Shown one piece after another: positions 13,780 to 27,169 of a stretch of DNA of 58,806 nt. A model generated the notes under the pieces. That model did no database searches and had not been told where the DNA came from. It saw only the letters and a program-made list of their open reading frames with translations. Source of the DNA: Octopus sinensis (lineage: Eukaryota). Within the stretch, counting starts at the first letter, position 1. The number at the start of each line of letters is the position of its first letter. The position numbers and the translations under genes are program-made. The DNA lies in contig NW_021833670.1 in the NCBI RefSeq assembly GCF_006345805.1, positions 1-58,806 of the forward strand. Direction: 5' to 3'.

Positions 13780-15564
13780 TTACCAGAGTGGTCCAGTGTC
13801 AAGTGGATTGCTTTGCGGTAATCGTCCCGCCTCAGTACGTTCCCATTTAAGATATCATTATTCATTATTTTGTGGTCAATAAAGAACCACTTCTGTACTT
13901 GGAACGATTTCTCTCTTTCGTTAACTCTTCCCCCCCCCCTTGTCTCCTCCTAGAAAAGTGCAGGCCGTGGTCCAACCTATCGAGGGATGGACCCCAACAG
14001 GTCTAAGTTACCCAGGACTACCAAATCCACTCACAAGCTTTGGTCAGCCCGGGACTATAGTAAAAGACAATCGCCGAAGGTACCACACAGTAGCACTAAA
14101 CCCGGAACCATGTGGTTGGGAAGCAAGCCTGCACTACATATATATATATACATATAATATTGACAAGGTTAAGAGGTTTCACACGAGCAAATTTAAATTA
14201 AAAGACAAAACAAAAAATACATTGACAACTTTGTCGTGGATAAAAAGAAAGCGAGACAGTTTTATCCAAACATGCTACCATTTTCAGTGGTTTTAAAAAT
14301 CGATTTAATCATGCTGAAAATGAAGTGAGTGTAACTTGCAATAAAATTAAATAGATCCTTCGTGATATCAGTCCAGGAATTTCACATTATTCTTACAAAA
14401 TTCCCATAGCACTGATAATCGGTTTTCCTTCTGATGCTTGCTGGGTTGTAGTAGTACTAGTAGTTGAAGCAGTAGCAACTGTCATTGGTCATTACAGACT
14501 GGTTGTTTGTTACAGAAGTAGCAGCACTGATAGTGGCGTAGTAATCATGGTGGTAGCTGTGTCAACCTAACTAGCTAGAACTGCAGTGATAGCTTCAGCA
14601 TTGGTTGTAGTAGCAGTGGCGGTATTGCCCCCTTGGGGAAGCAGTAGCAGTAGTAGGGGAACTTGCAATGGTAATGGCTGTAGCATCCGCAGTAGTTTTA
14701 GTAATTGTCACTCTTTCTTACCCACAGTGATTTACAAGTGGTCAATATTTGGGTTTGAAAGATATTTCTTTGATGAATTATTGTTGTTGTGTTGTGCAAT
14801 TTCTAAATTGGTATAAGGTGACGATCGTAAAGTTTGGTTGTTTCTTACCCGCCCATGTGTCTATATGTTCTCTGAGTTATACTTATGTATGTTTCCGTGT
14901 TTTAATTTGCAACCTATGCAGAGACATGCTTTGTCTTAATGACATTCCAGTTTCGCCTGTGTAGTTTTCTCTACATCTTGAGCAAGAAATTGCATAGGTT
15001 AAGTTTTTTGATGCACAGAGGAAGTTATTTTTTATTGTAAACAGTGGGTCTTGTTTAAAACGGATCTTTTATCCTTCCGTCAGATTCAAATATACCGCAG
15101 TTGGATATTTCTCATATTTTTACTGTTAATACTTTTGTTATTGCATGAAGTTTGGCTTTTCTTAACATTTTTTTTTCAAAAAACCAGACGAAATTTTGAC
15201 TCAAAAAGTTATATTTATGCAAATAAAGAATTATTGATGTTATCTCACGTCTTTTTTATGTTTTCCAATTTTATATTTTACTTTCAGCCGAAGGCCCAAC
15301 AGACTTCTACAGAAGCTAGACAGAATGTTCGCCCAGAGAGAGCTTTTTTATTAATATTTGAATAAATAATACAGTTAAAATTTAAAGAGTAAAACGAGCA
15401 ACTAAATTCCAAAGGAAGAATAATTCATAAAAAACACAGAAAATAAAGTAAAACTGGCGACGTCTTTCGATAAAAATGAGGAAGACAGAGAAATTACGTG
15501 ACGTGTAATTCGAAATTGTTACATGAAAAATATATGTCTACGGAAATGTACATGAACATTTTTT

Positions 15565-15771
15565 CAAACTTTGGCACAAGGCCAGCAAGTTGGATGGGGG
15601 ACTAGTTGATTACAACGACCCCAGTACACGACTGGTACATGTTTTATCGACCTCGAAAGGATGAAAGTCAAAGTCGACCTCGGTGGAATTTAAGCTCAGA
15701 ACGTAAAGACGGGTGAAATGCCGATGGGCATTTTACCCGACGTGCTAACAATTCCGCCAGCTCGTGGCCTT
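15565..15771 (-). mobile_element. SINE family B
   Basis: Reverse complement carries the B head and the GGTCGACTTTGAC/TTTCATCC core. Confidence 0.8.
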
Positions 15772-16849
15772 GTAGTGTACACAAATATTTGTACGTAAAT
15801 AATAAATACATGAATGTACAAACACATCTGCAAATACGTACATACGTTTCACCTCTATAAATCACAAGAGTAGTATTGGTTTCAACTTTTGGAACAAGGC
15901 CGGTAATTACGAGGGAGAAGGGTAAGTCGATTACATCGACTCCAGTACTTAACTGGTACTTATTTTACTGATACCGAAAGGGTGAAAGTCGGAGATGAAT
16001 AGAAACCTGCCGAGGAAGTAAAGAAAAAACTTGGGTTAAGAAGACTAAGCAGATGAAAGGCGAATCTAGTCTTAAGGCATGTGAAAATGCAACAAGATAA
16101 CGACGGCAGCGATTATGGTCTGAAGTTCATGGTCGTTCGTAATATGCACCTGGGTGGATTTTGGCACGCTCAGACACCAAATTGAGAGCTATGGAAATAT
16201 GTCCTGGATATGACTATAATCTACATCCGATAGTGGGACCCTAGGGCTCTGGTTTCAGGGTTTGAGGAGTGTGGAACCACCTCTTAACCATTATTGTTCC
16301 CAAGTTTACTCTGGCTCGGAGTGGTGGCACCTGTAAGGGTCCCAGCTATGGGTAAACTAATAAAACATCTGCGATTGTATCGGTAGAATGCAATCGCCGT
16401 ATTTCCTGAGCGGCGTAACAGGCGACTAAAAGGGGTGGGAGCGAAGGGACTGGGAATCTACTCTTCCTGGTAATTCCATATTTCTAAAAAGACAACAAGA
16501 AAAATACGATTATACTCTTAAAGAAAAAAAAAAGACCACGCTTGGATATTATCGAGTTTTTAGTGAAGCATGTTTGAAGGAGAAAGCTGCTTCCTTCGTT
16601 GCACAAATATAAATTTGCCCGACGATGCGGAAAAAAATGAGTTTAAAAGATAGAGGGACAAAACAGGAAAAGAAGAGGAAATTAAGGCTGGAATATACAA
16701 TTATTTCTTTAAAATTATTTCTTTAAAAATGGGATTAATTCCTTAAATAATTTCTTTACAATTATTTCTTTTAAAATATGAGCTAAAACTTTTTGCCCGT
16801 TGAAGCATAAGCAATCGAAGGTCGTAATACATGCGTACACGGCATAATA

Positions 16850-17170
16850 TGAGTGCTCGGAGAACGTTACACACAAGTACCTAGAGTGTGGATGTTGCTG
16901 AGACTTAAAGCATAAGTACCCAGAGCGTAAATGCTGGAAAACGTGAAGCACGTGTACCCGGACGGAGCTTGAGTGTTTGGAGAATGTAAAGCACCAATGA
17001 TCTGAAGTTGTAATGGATGAATGCTGGAAGTACAAATACTTTGAGGACGTGGAGTATGAGGACCCGAAGCATGAGTACTCTAGAAGATGTAAAACATGAG
17101 TAACCAGAGCAAGAGTGTTCGGAAGAAGAAAAATATGAACCCCCGGAGCATGGGTACATAAAGGATATCA
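16850..17170 (+). repeat. Degenerate ~36-39-bp minisatellite
   Basis: Recurrent units resembling GAGTGYTCGGAGAAYGTAAAGCATGAGTACCCAGAGC. Confidence 0.55.
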
Positions 17171-17582
17171 ACCGGCACTTTTTTCTACACATCAAACTCC
17201 AATACACGCTGTGATAAACGGGTAGGGTCATAAGTCCTCTGGTCTGACTAACCAGTGGTCACTTACTTGTGTATGCGAATGAGTTACCCGAAACGTTTCC
17301 TTTATGCACTCTTAAATATCTTATTTTTATATCTTATGTGTGCCTTTGTAGTCACATATTTATCATATATCTTTATTTCATACGAATTTTTATCCTGTTT
17401 CTTTGTATAACATCACTGACACACCCATCTCGTTTTATATCGCTATGCCTTCTTCATCCTCACACAGTTTTTACAAACTACTGCTTACCACCTTCCCTAG
17501 TTTTTCAAGTTCTTCATGTATTGTATGCATAAATATATTGAATACGTTGCCCTCAATGGCTGATAAAGAACAGAAATATTAT

Positions 17583-17596
17583 TGATGTTGTTGTTG

Positions 17597-17631
<35 letters not shown>

Positions 17632-17683
17632 GTTGTTGTTGTTGTTATTATTATTATTATTATTATTATTGTTGTTGTTGTTG

Positions 17684-17726
<43 letters not shown>

Positions 17727-17788
17727 CATCGTCATTATTGTTGTTTTTATTATTATCATTATTGTTCATTTCATTATTATTGTTGTTG

Positions 17789-17850
<62 letters not shown>

Positions 17851-17880
17851 GTCATCATCTTCATTATCATCATCAGCATC
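17583..17880. repeat. (ATT)n/(GTT)n compound microsatellite
   Basis: Direct reading; source of the poly-N and poly-L ORFs. Confidence 0.97.
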
Positions 17881-18626
17881 AGCATCATATATTATTAACA
17901 CTGTTAAGAGAAAGCTTTGAAAAGAGATAGCCAAATTAGCTGACATGTTAAAGAGAGAAAGTAGAAGAGAGAGAGAAAGAGGGGGCGGAGAGAAAGGGGT
18001 AAGCGGAAGGGGAAGAAGAGAAGGGTGTTGGGTGTAGGAGGGGAGTGGTTGTGGTTTAGGTGGGGGGGAGCCGAGAGATTGTAAAAAGAACATTTAGGAT
18101 GTTAAGGAGTGCGGAGGAAAGTGGGGGTACGAAGTGCGAGGGGGCTGTTACAAAGGGAATGGTAATAGATGAGAGGATGGAATAGGGAAAGATCTTTTGA
18201 TCCTTCATTGATTTTGAAGAGATTGATTCTGTGATTTAATGATATCATCTTCGAAAGTCACCTAACCGGAAGCTGATCGTTCAAAAAGACAAGTGTGTAC
18301 GTATGAACTTATATATGTATGTATGTGTATATATGTATGTTTATATACATATATATATATATACATACATACATATATAAGTATGTGTATATATGTATAT
18401 AAATTAGAGAAGAACCACCATGAAGCAATTCAACAATGATATACTTAAATCATACCATACGTGTACACGTATGTATGTATTTATGTATGTATATACTACG
18501 ATTGAGTAAGTATACGTGCATATACGTGCATCTGCATTTGAGTGGGAATGTGCGCATATGCATGCATATATATATGCATGTATATTTATACATATATGTA
18601 TGTGTATATGTATGCATATATGTATG

Positions 18627-18657
<31 letters not shown>

Positions 18658-18782
18658 GTATGTATATATATATATAGGTATATATGTATATATACGTGTG
18701 TTAGTGGATGTGCGTGTTTGTGTGCACTTCTGTGCATATGCCTGTATGTATATATGTAAACATACGTATGTACGTATATGTG

Positions 18783-18819
<37 letters not shown>

Positions 18820-19355
18820 GTGTGCATGTATGTATATATTTATACATAAATATGCGCATTCGTGCTCACACACAAACTTACATATGTATATATATCGATG
18901 TATGTATGATTGTATATATATATATATATATATCTATATTATACATATATATGTGTGTGAGTCTGTGCATCCGTATGTATATGTACGCGTGTGCGTGCGT
19001 GTATATTTGTATGCATACATGTCTGCATATGTATAAGTATATATGTGTGTGTATATAAGTATTGATGTATATATGTGTGCGTGCATGCAAGCGTGTGTGT
19101 AGGCGCGTATGTGTGTGTATATTTGTTTCCTTCGTTTTAATTTTCGAATTTCTCACTATTGCAGAGAGAGAGTTGCTTTCTATCCTGGACATAAAGCTCT
19201 TTTATTGGAATTTAGACAACATCAGTGAAGAAGCCATGCATAAATGTATGCTTGTAAGCATATAAACATGCATACGTATGGTATATGTATGTTTGTATAC
19301 TTGTAAACACGTACGTGTATATATACATATATATATATAAATATATATATATATG

Positions 19356-19438
<83 letters not shown>

Positions 19439-20497
19439 TATGCATATACAGTTGAAGGACCACGTGAAAATGCCTATTTTTCACGTGACCTTAAATATTT
19501 ATTTTTAATCGAACATTCCAGAATAAATTACAGTTCATCCTATATGACAAAGAAGCTCCTTGATTTAAACCCAGCTTGATAAATGCTATGAACGAAACTC
19601 TCGGCCCTTGAACCACGTTTGTGGCTTTCTACAGATTAAAAAGGAATAGAATAGTATGTATACTCGTACATTGCGTTCTATCTTTTGTGTTCGTTCAACC
19701 AAGCCTATATGGGCGTGTATATATGTATATATGTATGTGTCTATGCGTGAAAATGTGTGAATGTATATATGTAAACGTGTGTATGTGTGTGCGTGTGCGG
19801 GTCATAATGATTACTACACGTACAGAAGGCGGTCAGTTGCGTGAAATTGTAAAGCTGTCCGAATGCAATCTTTACAGCGCACATCCGACTAATATCGATA
19901 TGCTTATTAATTTATCCTTATTTATAAATATGTATAAATATATATATTACACGTGCGTGTGTGTTGCAATAATATCTTTTCAGCCATTTTAGAGATAGAT
20001 ACACCTTAAAAAATATCTCATATTAGATCTTATTGACTGAAAAATCATTGGCCTAACAGAAAACCCACTTAAAAACAGATTATAGCAACACATAAATTCT
20101 TGAAATGTTTTCAAAAAGAAATACACTTCCTTGAAAAAATATAAACGTGTGTCCACTAACGTGACCAGGTCCAATATCAGCTGAGCTATCCTATTCGGTA
20201 ACACTTCGAAAAGCTGCGGTACATGATTAACTAAAAAATGGTATCTCGTGAACTATTCCACCCGAGTAAGGAACGTAAAAACGGAACTAAACTCGACTTG
20301 TGGACACAGTATGAAATTTTCGCTATCTTTTATGAAGGCATAACTCAAGACATCAGGAAACGTATGATACGATGCCATATTTGATTCTACCACTATTGGC
20401 AAAATCCGCTCAATATCGATGTGTCCATATTCTTGCATACAAGTATAAAATCACGGTACGGAAGAAATTACACATATGCATACACTAAACATACGTT

Positions 20498-20530
<33 letters not shown>

Positions 20531-20545
20531 GTACACATGCAATAT

Positions 20546-20582
<37 letters not shown>

Positions 20583-20715
20583 ATAATATACATACATATA
20601 TAGAATATGTGTACATGTATGTATATATATGTATATGTGTGAATGTGTGTAACACATGTGTAAACCTCTCCAATATTGTAAATATGTATATATATATATA
20701 TACACACACACATAA

Positions 20716-20750
<35 letters not shown>

Positions 20751-21539
20751 ATATATATATATACATATTTATATATGTGTGTGTGTATGTATATATATAT
20801 ATATATATGTGTGTGTGGTGTGTGTGTGTGTATAATATACATACATATATAGAATATGTGTACATGTATGTATATATATATATATGTATGTATATTAGAC
20901 ACACATACACACATATAAGCAAATGTGAAATAAGGTATCATTACACGTGTGTCCTAAGAATCATCAATCATGCGTAACGAGTATGGTTACATGACATGTT
21001 TTTGTAGTTATCATTACACACACACATACACACACAGATACACATATGTATGTGTATGTAAATGTGTATTGATTTATCATTGCGTATTAACTAGTGCTTG
21101 CGTGTGCAATATTTATTATTGTTTCTTTGCTTGCTAGTGCGTGAATGCTTAAATGAATCGTGTGTGTACGCGTGTGTATGTGTGCATGTGTGTATGTGTG
21201 TGTGTGAACGTTTCTATGCTATTGTGTGTGTATATTCGTGTATGCTTGTATGTGTATTCGTATGCTTATGTGTACGCGTGTGTATGTGTGTATGTGTGTG
21301 TGAACGTTTCTATGCTATTGTGTGTGTATATTCGTGTATGCTTGTATGTGTATTCGTATGCTTATGTGTATGTGTGCCCCTGTCGGCGTGTATGCGTTTG
21401 TCTATGTACGTGTGTCTCCATAGGTGTTTCTCCGTGCGTGAGTGTCCAAATCATTTTCATATAAGGTAGCTATAATTCATGGAAATTGTATAATCAATTA
21501 TGAGAAATATTGATCACTCCATTGCTTTCGTTCGTCCTG

Positions 21540-23266
21540 CAGCATAATGGCAGCGGCAGCAGTGGCGGAGCAACAGCGGTGGCGGCGGCAGCGGTACTGC
21601 TGATGGTGTTATTGCTATTGCTATTGTTGTTGGTGTTGGCGCTGGTGGTGGCCTGTTGTTGTTGTTGTTGTTGTTAATGATGGCGGCGGCGGTGGTGGCT
21701 GTGTCGGTTCCGGTGGCGAGAGCGGCAGTGGTATTAACAACGATGGCGGTGACCATCACATGAGTGGGGGTGGCGGTGGAGGGCTTGTGACGTGGTTGTG
21801 GTGATGTGGCGGCAGTGGTAGTGGTGGTTAGGGGGGGTTCGGGGGCGGTTACGGTGGAAGCTCTGAGTGTAACGGTGTCGACGGGAATGGCGGTGGCTGG
21901 CTTCTAGTTGAAGGTGAAAGTGACACTAGCAGGGGTGGGTTTAGTGTTGATGGCGGCGATGGTAGTGAAGGTGGGGGCGGTGATAGTGACAGTGACGGTG
22001 ACGGCGGTGGTGGCGATGGTAGTAGCAGTGGTGGTGGCGGTGGCGGTGTTGGTGGCGGTGGTGGTCGAGATGGCAGCGGTAGCGATGGTGATGATGATGG
22101 TGTGGTATTGGGAATATTGGTGGTAGTGGCAGTGGTGGTGGCGACGGTGGGGGCGGTGGTGGCATGGTGGTGGTGGTGGTGGTGGTGGTGGTGGTGGTGG
22201 TGGTGGTGGTAGTGGTGGTGATGGTGGTGGTGGTGGTCGAGGTAGTTGTCGAAGTGGCGGTAGTGGCGGTGGTGGCGGTGGTGGCGGTGATGATGATGGA
22301 GATGTAATGGTATTGATGATGGTGATGCTGGTATTGTTTTTTGTGGTGGTGGTATTGTTGGTGATTGTAGTGATGGTGGTGCCGATGGTAATGGTAGTGG
22401 TGGTGGTGAAAGCGTTGGTGAGGTGGGCGTTGTGGTAATGGTGGAGAAATGTTGTGATTTTTATGTTTTTGTTCAGCATATCAGCTCTGACTGAACAACG
22501 ATGATCAAAGACCTTCTAGCTGTGGCCATCCTGTCTTTTCATTATATTAGAGCCACATTGCCCAAATGTGTTTTCTCCTTTTAAACAAGAATTACATGAG
22601 AGAAATTTGGCAGCTATTTCTTGCAGATTGAGCGACTACGTAGAGGCTCCTTCGTCCTGTAGGCAACAGCTGCGTCGGCGGCGGCAATGGTGGTAATGTT
22701 GGTGTTGTTGTTGTTGTTGTTGTTTTGTTGTTGTAGTTCGTGGTGGTGGTGGTGTGGTGGTGGTGGTGGTAGTGGTGGTGGTGATGGTGTGGTGGTGGTC
22801 GAGGTAGTTGTCGAAGTGGCGGTAGTGGCGGTGGTGGCGGTGGTGGCGGTGATGATGATGGAGATGTAGTGGTATTGATGATGGTGATGCTGGTATTGTT
22901 TTTTGTGGTGGTGGTATTGTTGGTGATTGTAGTGATGGTGGTGCCGATGGTAATGGTAGTGGTGGTGGTGAAAGCGTTGGTGAGGTGGGCGTTGTGGTAA
23001 TGGTGGAGAAATGTTGTGATTTTTATGTTTTTGTTCAGCATATCAGCTCTGACTGAACAAACGATGATCAAAGACCTTCTAGCTGTGGCCATCCTGTCTT
23101 TTCATTATAATTAGAGCCACATTGCCCAAATGTGTTTTCTCCTTTTAAACAAGAATTACATGAGAGAAATTTGGCAGCTATTTCTTGCAGATTGAGCGAC
23201 TACGTAGAGGCTCCTTCGTCCTGTAGGCAACAGCTGCGTCGGCGGCGGCAATGGTGGTAATGTTGG

Positions 23267-23299
<33 letters not shown>

Positions 23300-23400
23300 A
23301 GTTCGTGGTGGTGGTGGTGGTGGTGGTAGTGGTTGGGAGATTACTTTCGGTGGGTTAAAGGAAGCGGTGTTTGTGATTGTTTGCTGTTGCTAATGTTGGT
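21540..23400. repeat. GGT/GGC/GTT low-complexity region containing a 562-bp tandem duplication
   Basis: GTCGAGGTAG occurs at 22236 and 22798, and ~490 bp downstream are near-identical. Confidence 0.92.
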
Positions 23401-24271
23401 TATGGCGGTGTTGGTCATACTGGTGTTGATAGTAGTATTCGGAGAAGAGAGTCCGTATTTTAATAACGGCGGTTGCGACAGGTGTGATGTTAATAACATT
23501 AGGGTTGATGGTGATGGTGATGGTGATGGTGGTCAGTATTGGTGTTTGTAGCTGAGCTTGGTAGTGGAGTTGAGCATTGTGGTGTGGTTTTGGTACTGAT
23601 AGTGTTGGTGGTAATAGTAGGGATAGGGATGATGGTAGTGGTAGAAGGGTTGCTTGAAGGGGTAGGTTTGGATCTGTATAAAGTAGTGATCATGGCAAGT
23701 GTGATTTTATTGACAGTGGGGGAGGGTGCTGCTGCTACTGCTGCTGCTACTGCTGCTGCTACTGCTGCTGCTATTGCTGGTGATAGTGGTGGCATTTTTT
23801 TCTTTTTTATGCTACTTTCTATGATTGTGGTTTTTTGGTGGGGTTGATGAAGGTGGTTTAGGCGCTCTGCAAGTATTTTATGCTAGCGTTGCCATTAGAA
23901 CTGATAATAACCATAAGCAGAAATAATGTTACTGTTAGCTGTGATCGGTTTTAAACTCATCTCATTCGATTTCCTCCAGTTCTCTACTGACAAACATTAA
24001 CAGCAAAGGCACTTCACACTTTTCCAATCATATTCCTCACATCACTTACCGTGCGTGACAGTTTCTGTTCCCTTATGTACTTTCACTTATTTCCTTTGCA
24101 AAAACCGACAATCCCCTATTAATATTTCGCTTTCCGCTACGTGCTTTGCAGCTTTCCAATAAAGGAAATACTAACGGCAGCCCTAGGAACAAGTCACCCC
24201 ACAAACGACGACAACTTAAAGGCCTTAACTTACCACTGCAACTTCTACAAGATCGCTATCATGTAATCAGC

Positions 24272-24511
24272 AATACCTATTTCATTACTACCCACAAGGG
24301 GCCAAACACAGAGAGGACAAACAAGGACAGACAAACGGATTAAGTTAATTATATCAACCCCAGTGCGTAACTGGTACTTAATTAATCGACCCCGAAAGGA
24401 TGAAAGGCAAAGTCGACCTCGGCGGAATTTGAACTCAGAACGTAGCGGCAGACGAAATACTGCCAAGCATTTCGCCCAGCGTGCTAACGATTCTGCCAGT
24501 TCGCCGCCTTT
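24272..24511 (-). mobile_element. SINE family B, full length, tail variant 1
   Basis: Head AAGGCGGCGAACTGGCAGAATCGTTAGC, B-box-like GAGTTCAAATTCC, tail ...CCCTTGTGGGTAGTAATGAAATAGGTATT. Confidence 0.9.
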
Positions 24512-24849
24512 CAGCAATACCATCGTGTCTCAAACTCTCTTTACGCTCTCTGACTTCCCACATTGGAGCAGAACATTCTAGGCCCCTAACCAAACGGATC
24601 TTTACTGATTTTCTAGTTAAACCCCCAACTGTGTTAATCTGAATAGTCTTGGTTGACTTGTAAAGGTCGGGAGCACGATCTCTTTCTTCTAACAAAATCT
24701 ATAGAAAATTTCACTGCTTTCTCTAAATTTCTACGGTAAACAGCGCTTTACATTTGCGACCCACTTAGTGTAACAGCCGTTACATTTGCGACCCACTTAA
24801 TTTCAAACTCATACAAGTTTCGCACTCATACATATTCCACACATTCTCA

Positions 24850-24914
<65 letters not shown>

Positions 24915-25149
24915 ACACACACATACACACACACACTCACACACACACACACATACACGCACATACACAAACTCCCGTTAAACTCTCCTACTTTGTTCAA
25001 CTCTTTTCACCGTTACATACACACAATCCCACAACTACGAGCTAGTACTAAAAACACTGTGTTTGAATAATGATAGTCGATGGGATGGCCTAGACTAGAG
25101 AGCCTTTCATCATGGGTCGCTTCGGTTATAATCTTTCTCTCACTACACG

Positions 25150-26477
25150 AATAAGTACCAATTACACACTGGGGTCTATGTAATTGACTTAATCCGTTTG
25201 TCTATCCTTGTTTGTCCTCTCTGTGTTTAGCCCCTTGTGGGTGGTAAAGAAATAGGTATTTTGTCCGTCTTTACGTTCTAAGTTCAAATTCAGTCGAGAT
25301 CTACTTTGCCTTTCATCTTTTCGGGGTCGATAAATTAAGCACCAGTGAAACACTGGGGTCATTGTAATCGACTTGTCCCCTCACCACAAAATTTCAGGCC
25401 GTGTGTCTTTAGTAGAAAAGATTATTATTATTATTGTTATGTAGTCCCAGGTCGGTCCTTATAGAGATGATCTATGATCAAAGACATTCCAACCGTGACC
25501 ATTTCATTTTTTTTTTTTTTCAGTATTTATTGGAAACCCAGAACTATTGATATTCTATGTACCGCTTTTTTAAGACAGAATGTGTTTTAAAGTAATTTTG
25601 CTTCGGTTTTTCACAAACCGGGCGACCAAGAAGTAACACCCTTCTTGGCTCATCGGCGTGTAGGTGAGCTACGGGAGTCGTTTGCAAGGCTTACAGAACC
25701 TATGGGCATTGCCTTTTTTTTTCACCAGACTCTATCGTTGAAGAAAAAGAAAAACCACAAAAGCGAAATGAAATTAAGTTGTATGAACCGAAACACAAAA
25801 CATGTTGAAGCTTATTATAAACCAATAACGCTAAGGCGGCGAGCTGGCTGAATCGTTAGCACGCCGGACGAAATGCTTAGCGGTATTAAAGGCAAAGTCG
25901 ACCTCTGAGTTCAAATTCCGCCGAGGTCGACTTTGCCTTTCATCCTTTCGGGGTCGATTAAATAAGTACCAGTTACGCACTGGGGTTGATGTAATCGACT
26001 TAATCTGTTTGTCTGTCCTTGTTTGTTCTCTCTGTGTTTAGCCCCTTGTGAGTAGTAAAGAAATAGGTATTTCGTCAGCTGCTACGTTCTGAGTTCAAAT
26101 TCCGCCGAAGTCGACTTTGCCTATCATCCTTGCGGGGTCGATTAAATAAGTACCAGTTACGCACTTGGGTCAATGTAATCGACTTAATCTCTTTGTGTCC
26201 CTGTTTGTCCTCTCTATGTTTAGCCCCCTGTGGGCAATAAAGATATAAGCTATATCGCGACGAGCTGGCAAAATTGTTAGTACCCCGGACAACACACACT
26301 TAGCAGCATTTCGTCCCTCTTCTCGTCCTGAATTCAAATTCCACTGAGGTCGATTTTGCCATTCATCCTTTAGGTGTCTAGAAAACAAATACCAATTGGG
26401 CACAGAGATCGATCTAATCGACAATCTCCCTTCCTCAAAAATTCAGGGCTTGTGACTGTAGTAAAAAGGATTATTAT
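25150..26477 (+). mobile_element. Head-to-tail cluster of SINE family B units with two tail variants
   Basis: At least five GGGGTCGA/GTCGACTTTGCC-containing units at ~25150, 25256, 25833, 26067 and 26255, with an intervening other repeat at ~25440-25600. Confidence 0.88.
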
Positions 26478-27169
26478 GAGTTATTGCAAACCTGTTGTAA
26501 ATTATTATTGGTTTTACAAACTTGTTGCTGTTATAATTGGTTATTACAAACCTATGATTATTATTATTAGTTATCATGAACCTATTGTTATTTTTTGGTT
26601 ATTGTGAGCCTGTAATTGATCAGTCTTAACCTTAACTTGTTATTTAACAAATTATTAACTCAATTAGATATGCAGGTGTTTAATTTCACATTTTCTATAA
26701 TTAAAATATAAAATTACCTTAATTAATTCATTAATTAATTAATTTTCCTCCTTAAAGTAAACCACCTGCTTATATCCACCGAAATCAGTAAATTTACAAA
26801 TATTGATTTTTCTTGAGAGGAGGCAGTTGGTCACTGGGACGAGGTTGAGAACTAGACACAAACCGTCTGTTTTCGATTGGAGTATCGATCGAGAAATGTG
26901 TGTGGGGAGGTGCATGCGTGCGTAGTCACACACGCTCACACATATGTATATATTATTTGTATCATTTCTGGTGCATCGCCATGAAGGGTTTTAGTCGAAC
27001 AAATCGACACCTGTAATGTATTTTTAAAGCTTAGTATTAACTCTTTCACCAAACAACTAAGTTACGGACACGGAAGGAAATCAACACCGGTTGCCAAGCG
27101 GTGGCAAACACACACTCATACATACACTCTTATATATATATATATATATGGGGGGGGGGGTTAAAGTTA

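Noticed and set aside
21904-23092. Proline/threonine-rich ORFs resembling mucin or formin
   Set aside because: They are GGT/GGC low-complexity DNA plus the 562-bp duplication, with no splice or domain support.
25150-26477. CRISPR-like array
   Set aside because: The units are ~200-bp SINE monomers without unique spacers, in a eukaryotic context.
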